DNA of 64,000 bases, from NCBI GenBank assembly GCA_004764695.1, contig SMSO01000014.1, positions 6,748,029 through 6,812,028 on the forward strand, read 5' to 3'. The translations under genes were made by a program, and so were the position numbers. Of the stretch, positions 1 to 10,386 are shown piece by piece; the stretch's first letter is position 1; each line of letters starts with the position of its first letter. The notes under the pieces were generated by a model. That model worked only from the letters and a program-made list of their open reading frames with translations. It searched no databases and was not told the origin of the DNA. Source of the stretch: Schizochytrium sp. TIO01. Its lineage: Eukaryota; Protista; Bigyra: Labyrinthulomycetes.

Positions 1-594
1 ACCCTAAAGGCCAAGAATAACAATAACGCCATACCTGGTAGCCTCAATTAATTTGTTCTGCTCCAATTATTTCACGAGTTGAGAAAAAAAATGACCTAGG
101 GCCAAAATCACGGAGCTATTAATAGCAGTACTTTCAACAATTTCACGTTTTTGAGAAGGCCTGAGGCGTGCGGAAAGAGAGAGAAAGAATACCGATCATT
201 GTCTTTAATCAAAAAAGAAGAAAATGACATTGAAGGGCATTTCGGCTTTGACAATTTTCTACAATTTTACAAACCTAGATAGTAGCGAGGTTTATTTTTT
301 GTTTCTTTGCTCCTGAGTCTTAAGTTTTAAAGTGGGTTTTAAACCCCAAGTAATCGACTGGATTAGCCCCTGATAATTTTTGTCTGCTCTATTCTATATG
401 TTTGCTTGTTTGACTTCAGAAAAGGAGTACTCGCAACTCATTAAGAGTTCGGGAAAATAAGTGGGACCTAATTTGGTCCTAGATAGGACCTACGACAACC
501 TAACGTCGAGAGCGCTCAAAGAAGACCCAACGACGATCAGATCGTGAACATTGCAGCAAGTGACCTTACTTTGGCATCGAGGAGATTCGTTGCG

Positions 595-2583
595 ATGAAA
601 AGAACTCGTGCGGGGTCTACCTCCGGCGTGGATGCCCATAAAGCCGGACGCCGCAGTGGCCGTGGACGCAAGACTGGCGGCAAGTTTAACGATGGTCAAA
701 ACCCCAGCGTGAGTTGGCGATCCAAGGTGGTTTGCGTGCACGACGGAAACAAGTTTTATGAAAAGGTCCGCATTGGAAAAGAGGAGTTCAAGGTTGGAGA
801 TTTTATCTCCGTGCTGCTTTCCACGGCCACCGGCGAAGAAGAAGTTGCCATCGCAGTCCTGGAGTCCCTGTGGGATGATCTCGTGCAGAAGGAGCCCATG
901 TGCGAAGTCCGGTGGTTTGTGGACCCTCAGGAAACACGAGCTGGTGTAGGAGATGAATCTGAGCTCTTCGAGGGCGATAAAATCCAAGAAGTCTCTTTGA
1001 GCGCTATCAATGGACATGTTTGTGTGGTTAGTGAAGAGGAGTTCTGGGAACGCACTCGAGAGCAGCCACTGCACGGCCTCGATGACGATGAAGAGCATAG
1101 CGAGGATGAAGATGATGAAGCTGATGAGAGTTCAAAAAAGCGAAAAGAAAAACATGGAGACGCGAGCAAGGACCAACATAAAGAAATTTACTTTTGCAAG
1201 GATTTCTTCTCTGAAGAGCTTCAGATGTTTCGTCCGAGCACACTGTTCGAGCTCGAACGACAACCTTGTGCGTATAGCAAGCGCCTTCGAGGCGTGGACC
1301 TTAACGATAACAAACTAGGTGACGAGGAAGCTGACAAATTTGCCAGAGCATTTCAACAGCTTCAACTCTCTGCAATCCCTCCAAGTCTCCCTTGTCGAGA
1401 GGAAGAACGTGCGACGATTCATACATTTCTACGTGATGCTGTGGCCCGCGGTGGTGCAGGTGGCGCCTTGTATATTTCTGGAATGCCCGGTACCGGCAAG
1501 ACAGCAACTGTACATGAAGTCGTGCGCTCACTACAGAGGGAATCTCAAAGTGGTGCGTTGCCTGAATTCGACTTTGTTGAGATCAATGGGATGCGCCTCC
1601 CACACCCTTATCAAGCTTACACTGAATTATACAAGTCTCTCTCTGGCCAGCACGCCTCCCAGACGCGTGCAGCACAGCTTCTTGAGCAATGGTTCTCCGG
1701 ATCAAGTCGTACTAGCGCGCAACAGAATGCTAAAACGTGTGTTCTTCTTGTTGATGAACTTGATTATATGGTCACAAGAAAACAAACCGTCCTCTACAAC
1801 TTGTTTGACTGGCCGACACGTCCGAATGTCCGTCTCGTTGTCGTGGGTATTGCAAATACTATGGATTTACCTGAGCGGCTTTTGCCGCGCATCGCAAGTC
1901 GTCTTGGTATGAGTCGTGTAGTATTCCAAAGTTACACACGTGACCAGCTTGAACGCATCATTCACGCTCGTTTAGAAGGTTTAGATATTTTTGAGGAAGA
2001 TGCTGTGCAAATGTCAGCACGGAAGGTGTCGTCTCTCTCTGGTGATGTCCGCCGAGCTCTACAGATCTGCCGCCGTGCCGCAGAAATCTGTCAACGTGAT
2101 CACACAGCAGCACAAAAGCAACTCGAAACAAGTGGGGAACGGATAGCCCAAAGCAGCCGATTACAGCAGGATCAGCGACCCTTGGTGTCTATTGCACACG
2201 TTAACCAAGCTGCTAAAGAGTTGAGCGACAACTTACTCCTACGAGCATTACAAAACGCATCGGAAGCTACTAAAATCTTATTTGTGGCTCTTTATAAACA
2301 TCTAAATATTCATCGTGCAGACGAGGCTAGTCTCAGCGATGTCATTCCGCGGTTTCTAGACCTTTGGCGCCAACATTGCATCCACTCGCATCAAAAACAT
2401 GCTCCATTTAGTCGCCATCAAGTCATTCACCTTTGTCAGCGAATTGCAGCGTCTCGTCTTTTGAAAGCTCGCCAAGGCCCAGATGAAAGAGACCCAGTTA
2501 TTCGGCCAGGTATTGAATTGGAAGACATTCCATACGCTCTCGCGCGAGACAGCGTGTGCCAACCGTTTCTTACTGTCACTTGA
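595..2583 (+). CDS. ORC1: Origin recognition complex subunit 1 (BAH domain + Cdc6/Orc1 AAA+ ATPase + winged helix)
   Basis: First ATG at 595 (the ORF track starts at GTG 544). BAH-like segment (FKVGDFISV...LESLW...EVRWF...ELF), LPCREEE, Walker A YISGMPGTGKT, EINGM, Walker B LLVDELD, LYNLFDWP, GIANTMDLPER, SGDVRRALQICRRA. Confidence 0.93.
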   Translation: MKRTRAGSTSGVDAHKAGRRSGRGRKTGGKFNDGQNPSVSWRSKVVCVHDGNKFYEKVRIGKEEFKVGDFISVLLSTATGEEEVAIAVLESLWDDLVQKEPMCEVRWFVDPQETRAGVGDESELFEGDKIQEVSLSAINGHVCVVSEEEFWERTREQPLHGLDDDEEHSEDEDDEADESSKKRKEKHGDASKDQHKEIYFCKDFFSEELQMFRPSTLFELERQPCAYSKRLRGVDLNDNKLGDEEADKFARAFQQLQLSAIPPSLPCREEERATIHTFLRDAVARGGAGGALYISGMPGTGKTATVHEVVRSLQRESQSGALPEFDFVEINGMRLPHPYQAYTELYKSLSGQHASQTRAAQLLEQWFSGSSRTSAQQNAKTCVLLVDELDYMVTRKQTVLYNLFDWPTRPNVRLVVVGIANTMDLPERLLPRIASRLGMSRVVFQSYTRDQLERIIHARLEGLDIFEEDAVQMSARKVSSLSGDVRRALQICRRAAEICQRDHTAAQKQLETSGERIAQSSRLQQDQRPLVSIAHVNQAAKELSDNLLLRALQNASEATKILFVALYKHLNIHRADEASLSDVIPRFLDLWRQHCIHSHQKHAPFSRHQVIHLCQRIAASRLLKARQGPDERDPVIRPGIELEDIPYALARDSVCQPFLTVT

Positions 2584-4330
2584 GGTTAGGCGATGTTAAC
2601 ATCCAGTGCCTTTCTAATAATAAACCTGCAATGATAACATATGGGAATACACTTTTCATCTTGTACAATACTCGCGAACTAAGCGTTTCGCTTTCCACCT
2701 GTGTCTTGCCAGTTCCACCTGATGCGCTCTCGTCACTTTTTTCTTCGTTGCCCATGAAGTCATCCAGTCTCATACTGGTGTCATCTGAAAGTGAACTTGC
2801 GCTATCAACATCTGCTTGGTTTGTAAAGCTTGTAAAGCTTGTTGTAGGGTATTGCATAGTATGAACCATGAGACGAAACGCATTATGAATCCAGGCAAAT
2901 CGCTGTTGCAGCTCGCGACGCCTTGTGGCGTTCGCTTCATCATTTTCATCAGTTAACACAGCTCTCACCTCTTGCAACTCACGACAGAGTTTTCCATAGT
3001 GAGTTTTTATTGGGTTACGCTGCTGGGCGTCAACGCTTGAACAATTACTGTTCAGGGACTGGAAAAAGGATGAACGCGAGACAACGCAAGAACGCGTACG
3101 GGTAAGCATAGCTTGGCCCATGGCAATCATCTCAACCTTGAAAAACTGGAAGCAGTCCTCTGGGACAGCCTGATTCTTAAGAAAACGCTCCAGCTGGCCT
3201 ACATGTGCACTGTTTAGCTCGCCGTACAACTTACCACATAGCTTGTGGTTTGCTTCTTCTGCCGTCAGGTTCTCTGAGAATGCTTCCTCAACTTGGTAAA
3301 ATGTTTTGCCTCGGGAAAGCTTATTGTGAGTCGGATGATTCCGAATTAATACAGACCAACCCATATAGGTAGCAATTCGGTATATAACTCTTTCAAGATC
3401 TATCTCTTTGAACTTGCTGGTAGTACTGTCTTTGCTGGATAAAGTTCCTTGACGAATTCGTTTTGGTTTTTTCTCTGAAGGCTTACATCGACTACAAAGT
3501 TTGTTAAATTCAATTGCACACTGATTAGCGGCATTGCTGAGACGAGTCTCATACATTTCGATTGTCCATTCCACGTAGGGCCGCGCTGGGTAGTCGGGAA
3601 ATAAACACGGTTCGCCGTCACGGTTCATTCCAAAGGTGTATGTATGAAATCCGCCAAGCATCAGACGAGAAAAATCATCTACTGTACCGAGGAACGCGCG
3701 TGTGGCAGAATTGCGCTGTTCTTGCTCTAAGCTCGATAAGAATCGTTGCACGACCTGGTAGCAAAATTTAAACGCCACATCAGTCTGCCGAACTGTCGCT
3801 AAAATATTCATCCAGCCAAGCACTTGACAGCCAGTCCGGTCTGAACAAATGTCCGCGATCTCGTATGACTCGCCTACAGCAAGGGCTAAAAGCTTCACTC
3901 TGTGTCTTTCAATGAAGGACTGCAGCTTCTCAGATATGTTGGCCGAATTTCTGAAGCCCTCATCGGATGGCTGTGTTTGGAGAATAAGAAGCACATCGAT
4001 TTCCTCATTTTGTGGAATTCTATTAGCCTTTTTCTCAGGTTCTTTGGGCAGAATAAGCTCTTCGCAGAGGTCATTCAACTTGTCTGAAGTCTGGATGCTC
4101 CATTCAGTACAAGCGGGTAGAAGAACCTCGCGAAGTTCTGTTTCTGATTCATCATCAGTGCGTTCGTCGCCCGTGGTTCTTCGGGCTTGGTCCTTTGCAA
4201 ATACATGTTGCATGAACCTGCAGTAGGACTTAAAGCCTCCCTCATCACATGGACCAACAATATTACTTAGTTTATTTGGCGACTTCCGCTGGAAGCAAAT
4301 GGCCACAAACTTGCTGTGTATCTGTAACAT
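2576..4330 (-). CDS. Hypothetical 584-aa protein; N-terminal half weakly resembles a CHAT/caspase-like fold without the catalytic His/Cys
   Basis: Uninterrupted 1755-nt ATG-initiated ORF with normal globular composition. Pattern DVLLILQT...VKLLALAVGES...QVLGW...VRQTDVAFKF. Overlaps the ORC1 3' end by 8 bp. Function unsupported. Confidence 0.7.
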   Translation of the reverse strand: MLQIHSKFVAICFQRKSPNKLSNIVGPCDEGGFKSYCRFMQHVFAKDQARRTTGDERTDDESETELREVLLPACTEWSIQTSDKLNDLCEELILPKEPEKKANRIPQNEEIDVLLILQTQPSDEGFRNSANISEKLQSFIERHRVKLLALAVGESYEIADICSDRTGCQVLGWMNILATVRQTDVAFKFCYQVVQRFLSSLEQEQRNSATRAFLGTVDDFSRLMLGGFHTYTFGMNRDGEPCLFPDYPARPYVEWTIEMYETRLSNAANQCAIEFNKLCSRCKPSEKKPKRIRQGTLSSKDSTTSKFKEIDLERVIYRIATYMGWSVLIRNHPTHNKLSRGKTFYQVEEAFSENLTAEEANHKLCGKLYGELNSAHVGQLERFLKNQAVPEDCFQFFKVEMIAMGQAMLTRTRSCVVSRSSFFQSLNSNCSSVDAQQRNPIKTHYGKLCRELQEVRAVLTDENDEANATRRRELQQRFAWIHNAFRLMVHTMQYPTTSFTSFTNQADVDSASSLSDDTSMRLDDFMGNEEKSDESASGGTGKTQVESETLSSRVLYKMKSVFPYVIIAGLLLERHWMLTSPNLK

Positions 4331-6496
4331 TTGACCAGCAATACCGTGGAGTCCTCAATCGGCATAATCAAAGCCACACAAGGTTGGATTTTATCAGTAG
4401 TTGTTAGTGTGCTTTTTGAAGTTCGTGAATGCAAAAGAAGGAGAAGCAGTGTTGATTACCTCGGCAGCAACTGAGAAGAGTTGCCTACTAGACAGGCAGA
4501 CAGCGAACAGGATAGCCCCAAGGCCCATCGCTTTGCTAAAACCAGTTGGATTAGATTCAACTTACTATGCTCTCCATTGCGGCGCGGTGCTACACAGCGC
4601 AGGCAGTGCAGCCCTTTGGGCTCTGCTGCACCGAGAGCGCCTTGTTTAGCTTTCTACTTTTCCTTTTTTACCTTTTTTATCTGTTTTCTCTCTTTCGACT
4701 CGAAGAAAAAAATAAAGAAAGAGAATTGTTTATTCTATCTTTTAATATCATGTCTTAGTTGTTCCTATTCACCTATTAGGCCTACTTACTAGTTGCAGGT
4801 ACGCTTTCATTTTCTCGCTTTTTATCTTATCCCATTTGATGTTGTTGACACAGAAATCGTGCAAAGCAGAGCAAGCAAAGCAGGTTCTCCGGATATAAAT
4901 CCACCAACGCCTTTCTATGCAAAAGGTACCTCAAACCGAAATGCTGCTAAAGAAGACCTTCGAACTTTTCAAGTTGCCTCAAGGATGCCAATAGGTTTTT
5001 TATAAAAAATCTTTCTTTATATTCATTTGTTTGTTTCAATTTGTTCATTTATTCATCTCTGTTTTCTTTTTCTTTTTCTTTTTCTTTTTCTTTTACTCTT
5101 TTGCAAAAAGAAAAAGTGAATAGCAGAAACAGGAATTTAGTCATGAACTTACATTTCTATGAGAATGACACAACAGCAGAAGTTGAGAAAGCACAATGCG
5201 CTTTGAGGTAACTCAAAGCAGCTGCTGAAGTGCCGTGCCACAGGCGAACGTTGATCGATGCATCGGTTGGTCGACCGGTTGGTTGACTGCCACAACAGCC
5301 ACGCGCTTAGAATCAGAATCAGTCGTCAATGAAGTGGAGTCGCATTGGCACTACTGTAAACGTGGCTCGTATGATGGATGATGCACGCAGGTTAAAGAAA
5401 TTCCAAACAAACAAACAAACAAACAAACAAACAAACAAAATAAATAAATAACCAGCTTGAGCAAAGGAGAAGTCCTCCCTCGCTGTACGACTCACTCCGC
5501 AATCGCCACCCTCCCCCATACTGCTGCCAGAGCTCGCGGTCGCCAGGGCCTCGTGCCTTCCATCCCGTCGAAGCTCTTTCCAAGTCCTTGTCAAATTCAC
5601 ACAAACTGCTCAGAAACGAACAATGTGTTTGCACGATTTGTGTACCTCAAGATCGTATTTGTAGGTGGGCGCACGTGCCGCCGAGATGCTGTCTAGATCG
5701 TGGGCAGCGAGCGACTGAGTAATTGATCGACATTGCATCAACGGAAGCGCCCTGGCCTGTCTCGGGCTGAATGGAGCATGCTCGCGAGAAGTGGTTTTTC
5801 AGTCGCATCGCAGTTTCTGTGAAACTGATGTACAGCTGATTTTGTGTTGCTTTCATTGTGGAGAGCGAGCTGCCTCCAAGCAAAGCAAAGCAAAGTTAGT
5901 TTGCAGCGAGGGCGCCAGCATCTCTGCGAGGACACGAAAGTCGAAGCAAATAAATGCTGGGACCTGCTGACATGGAGAGGACGGGGAATGAGGACGGGGA
6001 TGAGATTCTCCGGCGTTTGAGCGTGTGAAGGTAGATACCGCCAGCTGTTCTAGGGCCTTTAGCCCTTTGTACTGCTCGCCCTTGGGAAGAGGCAGGGCCT
6101 GAGCTACGCAATTCTTCGGGCGATCCTTTGAGCCTCGCTGACTAAAGTGGTTCAGGAAACTACGCGCCTACGACCAGTAGCAGTTTGACCTCCACCAGCA
6201 TCGTTGGCAGTAGCAGCAGCATCATCATACAGCAATAAAGCTCCAGATCGAATGCCACGGCTCGGATCGAAACTAACTTTTATTTTCCAAACGCGCCGCG
6301 AGACGAAGTTGCACTCACATTAGTAAAATAAGTGAGCGCTTGAAGTCATCCGGGTTCTTTCAGGGAAATGCGCTTCTTCGTCAAGCTCAAGCTCGCCAAC
6401 TCGTCTGTAGCAGTCAGTATCTCCCGAGTCGTCTTTGCCGAGCTTTTAATAAGGCTTCTTTCAGGTTCTTCTGCACTCTGCTCTCACTGCTGCTGG

Positions 6497-6527
<31 letters not shown>

Positions 6528-8665
6528 AATCACCACCCTTGAGCCTGACCACTCGTCCATTATGATGAACGCAGAGACTGGCTCAGGGACTGCAGAACTG
6601 CGCTCACCAGAACCTAGGTGGGCCCGCCGCGCGAGTCTCCAAGCTCGCGCGGCAGCATCATTGATAAGATGAGCACAGTATGAACGCACACTCCTGATTC
6701 ACGTGCTGGACAAAGTCGCCTCAAATAGCTTGACCAATACGAAATTAGCGGCGATAGCTTTGATCGAAGGTCATTAGGCACCAACAGCTCCGGATACTTG
6801 CTCCTACTCTCGAAGATCCATCATTTCGGTCGCCTCGCTCAACTTGTGCTTCAAGTTCAGGCGAGCCTAAGATCTTCACGGAAGAGGAACGACCTGAAGT
6901 CTTCAAGTCGCTCGGGTTCCGCAACTATTTTAGAGATGAGACTCAGACAGCAGCATAGTTGGCCCCAATCCTTCCACAAAAGCAACAGGGCGCTGCTAAA
7001 TTTTGTGCCCATTTGGATATGTTATTGAATGCGTGCCCAGGTTTATCCGCGAAGAGGGCGTCTGCCGAAACACATCATGCTCATGCATGGCTTCTCATTC
7101 GCATCAGAGTGCCTTGAACTGCGTGAATTTGGCTTTAAAATGAAGCAAGAGCATAATAATTGCCCGTCTGGAGGCCCATCAGATGAGAGAGATGTGTGAA
7201 GACGTCTATAATATGATCCTTCAAGTAAGAAGACGCAAATATTCAAGCTTAGGTCAAATATGTAAAAACTCTGACCTAAACTTTTTTCCAACAAGGCCTA
7301 AAGGGGATGTCTGGCAAATTAAAACGCCGAAGGCTTTCGTCGATAACCAATACCCTTTTGATAAGTTTCTCTAAAGCCTGAAAGCAAGTTTCCCCGAGAA
7401 ATATAGTTAGCGCAAGCAGAAGGATCGCAAGGTGAAAGATAGCGTTGCGGATGATTTCGTGTTTAACGTACCGGAAGACAACAATTCCTTTCCCGATATT
7501 ACAGACACCATATCGCTAAATCTAAAGCCAAAAACTTACCAAACCTTCCAAAGTATTCTTTAGCCCTTTTCTAAACATCTTGCCTTCACCTTCAGTCATC
7601 CTCTGGTTAACCATATTCATCTCTCAACACTCATTCGAGTAAACATACATACGATTCAGTAATTCTAAATTGTAGAAGGTTTTTTCCAATATTATGGTTG
7701 TACCATCAAGCACAACAAAGTAACGCTCTACAAATATCTGTAGCTTATTCAAATATTGATACTGGTTTTCAGCAGATTTGGAGACATAAAAATAAATAAT
7801 CGTAGGCATATAAAGATTCATTTCATGTTAGCATTTGAAGAATTTCATTCCTACAGATCCGAAGAACATAAAGAATTAGGAAATTCAAAAGAGACGTACA
7901 ACATGTCTTTGACAATTGCTTTACATGCCTGGTATCAATGTTTGCAATCAAGAAGCAATGGTTTTAAGAAGCTACATCACTCAAACATGACTACCGATCT
8001 TCATGCATTGTTTTTTGGACCTTTACGTTAGAAAACAAAACGAAAAAACAGCCGACAATGAAATATGCAAGGTTTTGATTATTGAGAGTGTTAAATTCAG
8101 AGTGTCATTGATCACAGGTAATTGCAGAGCGGCGTTGGCCACAGCACATCTTTCAAGCACCAGTAAGACTACTCAAAGTATGATAATTGCCACTATTGTC
8201 AACATGGCGTATATGTCCAATTTATGTTCATCCGAGTAGAGATGATTATGTATTATGTCCCGATTTAAAGTTCTTTCTTTGAATGTCAATCCCAGCTTGA
8301 ACCATCTGTGCCACCATCACTCTTCATTTTTCCTGATGTGAGCTCTGTCGAGTGTGGGCTTATATAGGTTATCCTGAATGAGGAAGATTTATAATTATTT
8401 AAAAAAATTAAAAACAGTAGCCATCGGTAGTTAGAAGCAAAAAAATAGGGAACATGGGGAATATAAGCTAACGACGAGACAATCTTCAATCAAAGCAGAG
8501 TTTGTCTCACAAAGCAAGAATACAACAATTCGCTACAGGGGCCTGCCATACTCGAGCGAAGTTGGCAGGTATTGCGCAGAGGGCTGCTCTGCTCTTGAGG
8601 TCACGAGATAACTGAAGGTCCACACAAACGTTCCTTGAGGTTACTCCCAAGGTCGGGAAAGCAAG

Positions 8666-10023
8666 ATGCTGTGGGTTGACAAGCATCGGCCCAAGGCGCT
8701 GGGCAAGCTCGACTATCACCAAGGGCTCACAGAAAGGTTGAAGGCAGTTGTAAGTTGAATACAGAAATGGTTGGACTCGCTGCATTATTTTTATAATCAA
8801 GAGAGCAAGATTAACGAGACTAACAAGGATGGTGATCTTTACATCGTGGCTGATTGTTCGCTCTTTGGTTTCCGCATACGCGGAACGGACGATATGTTCA
8901 TACTGCTTGATGAAATACGAACTAATAAACTGCGAATGACGAACCCACCTTTTACTTCTGTATTTGGTGACTATAGGCTCAAAAAGGCGACATTCCTCAT
9001 TTGTTGTTCTATGGACCTTCTGGAGCTGGCAAGAAAACGCGCGTGATGGCGCTACTCCGCGAGATCTACGGCCCCGGAGTAGAGAAAGTGAAGTTGGAGC
9101 ACCGTACCTTTAAGACACCGACTGGCCGTAAAATTGAACTCACAACGCTCGGCTCAAACTACCACATTGAAATGAACCCTAGTGACGCAGGAAACAACGA
9201 TCGTTACGTTGTGCAGGAAGTCATTAAGGAGATCGCGCAAGCCTCGCTTGTGGTTCCTTCTGGAAACCGTGGTGATGGAAACATGTTTAGCAACGCTGGA
9301 TCATCCTCATCAACAGCAGATGCATCCAAGGGTGCAGGCAAGGGCAAAGCCAATTTTAAGGTTGTCTTCCTCAGTGATTGTGACTACTTGACAAAGGCTG
9401 CGCAGCACGGTCTTCGCCGTACCATGGAAAAATATGTCCGCAGCTGCCGCTTGGTTCTCTGCTGTGAAAACCTCAGTAAAGTCATTGACCCTCTTCGTTC
9501 GCGCTGCCTGCCCATTCGTGTTTCCGCACCATCGCACGAGGAGATTTGTGCGGTCTTGCAAACTGTTGCTAAGAAGGAGAGCGTGAGTCTGAGCCCTAGT
9601 GCTAGCGCTGCCATTGCAGAGGCCTCGCAACGCAATTTGCGCCGTGCTCTCCTTATGGCAGAATCCCAAGGTGTAGCAGCCGGGAAAGGTGATAAACTCC
9701 AGCTTCCTGATTGGGAAGTCTACGTTGGTGCGCTCGCAGAACAAATTTGTAAAGACCAAAGCCCAAATGGCCTGCTCACCGCGCGGTCCAGGTTGTATGA
9801 CCTCCTTGGCAACTGTATCCCACCCACGGTTATCTTCCAAACTCTTGTCAAGGCTTTGCTTCCACGCCTTGATGACACTCTTAAACACCAAGTTATCAAC
9901 TGCGCTGCAGAATACGAGCACCGTCTTCACCTTGGCCAAAAGGATATCTATCATCTTGAGGCATTCATAGCTAAATTTATGGTTCTCTACCGCGAATATC
10001 TCGTGCAAGCCTTTTCTTTGTAA
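8666..10023 (+). CDS. RFC3: Replication factor C small subunit (human RFC3 / yeast Rfc5 type); join(8666..8749,8977..10023), 376 aa
   Basis: Exon 1 encodes MLWVDKHRPKALGKLDYHQGLTERLKAV. Phase-0 intron GTAAGT(8750)...TAG(8976). Exon 2 reads AQKGDIPHLLFYGPSGAGKKT, SNYHIEMNPSDAG, LRRTMEKY, SRC motif, HLEAF. Confidence 0.95.
8750..8976 (+). other. 227-bp spliceosomal intron of RFC3
   Basis: GTAAGT donor and CTATAG acceptor; CTAAC/CTAAT branch-like words inside. Removing it restores the conserved RFC N-terminus in frame. Confidence 0.9.
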
Positions 10024-10386
10024 TCGACAAACTCATATATTCAGATATACGTACGAACTCTAGTTTTCTTTCCTAGGCATTCCTCAGTTTTGAAATGACA
10101 AAGATTCATAATTGCAATAAGGGTTACCCGCGTCATGAAGTAAGAAGCGAAACAAGAAATAAATCAACTTATTTCATGTTTTTTTAATCTTTGAAAGCTT
10201 CTTCACTCCAGTCCAGTAATGTGTATCTAAAGTAACAAGATGCAAAGAACAAATTAGAAAGAATCAAGCATCCATGCCTTGGATAGAATTTATTTTTTTA
10301 AAGTTGACAAGATGTTTTTATATTTATATGTTATGTTGTTGATGTTTTTTAATTAAAGACGTATTGTCAATAGTCTTTGCAGAAAT

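Noticed and set aside
595-10023. ORC1 plus RFC3 as a replication gene cluster or viral replication module
   Set aside because: Both look like ordinary eukaryotic orthologues (RFC3 has an intron), lie 6 kb apart, and no viral hallmark genes are present.
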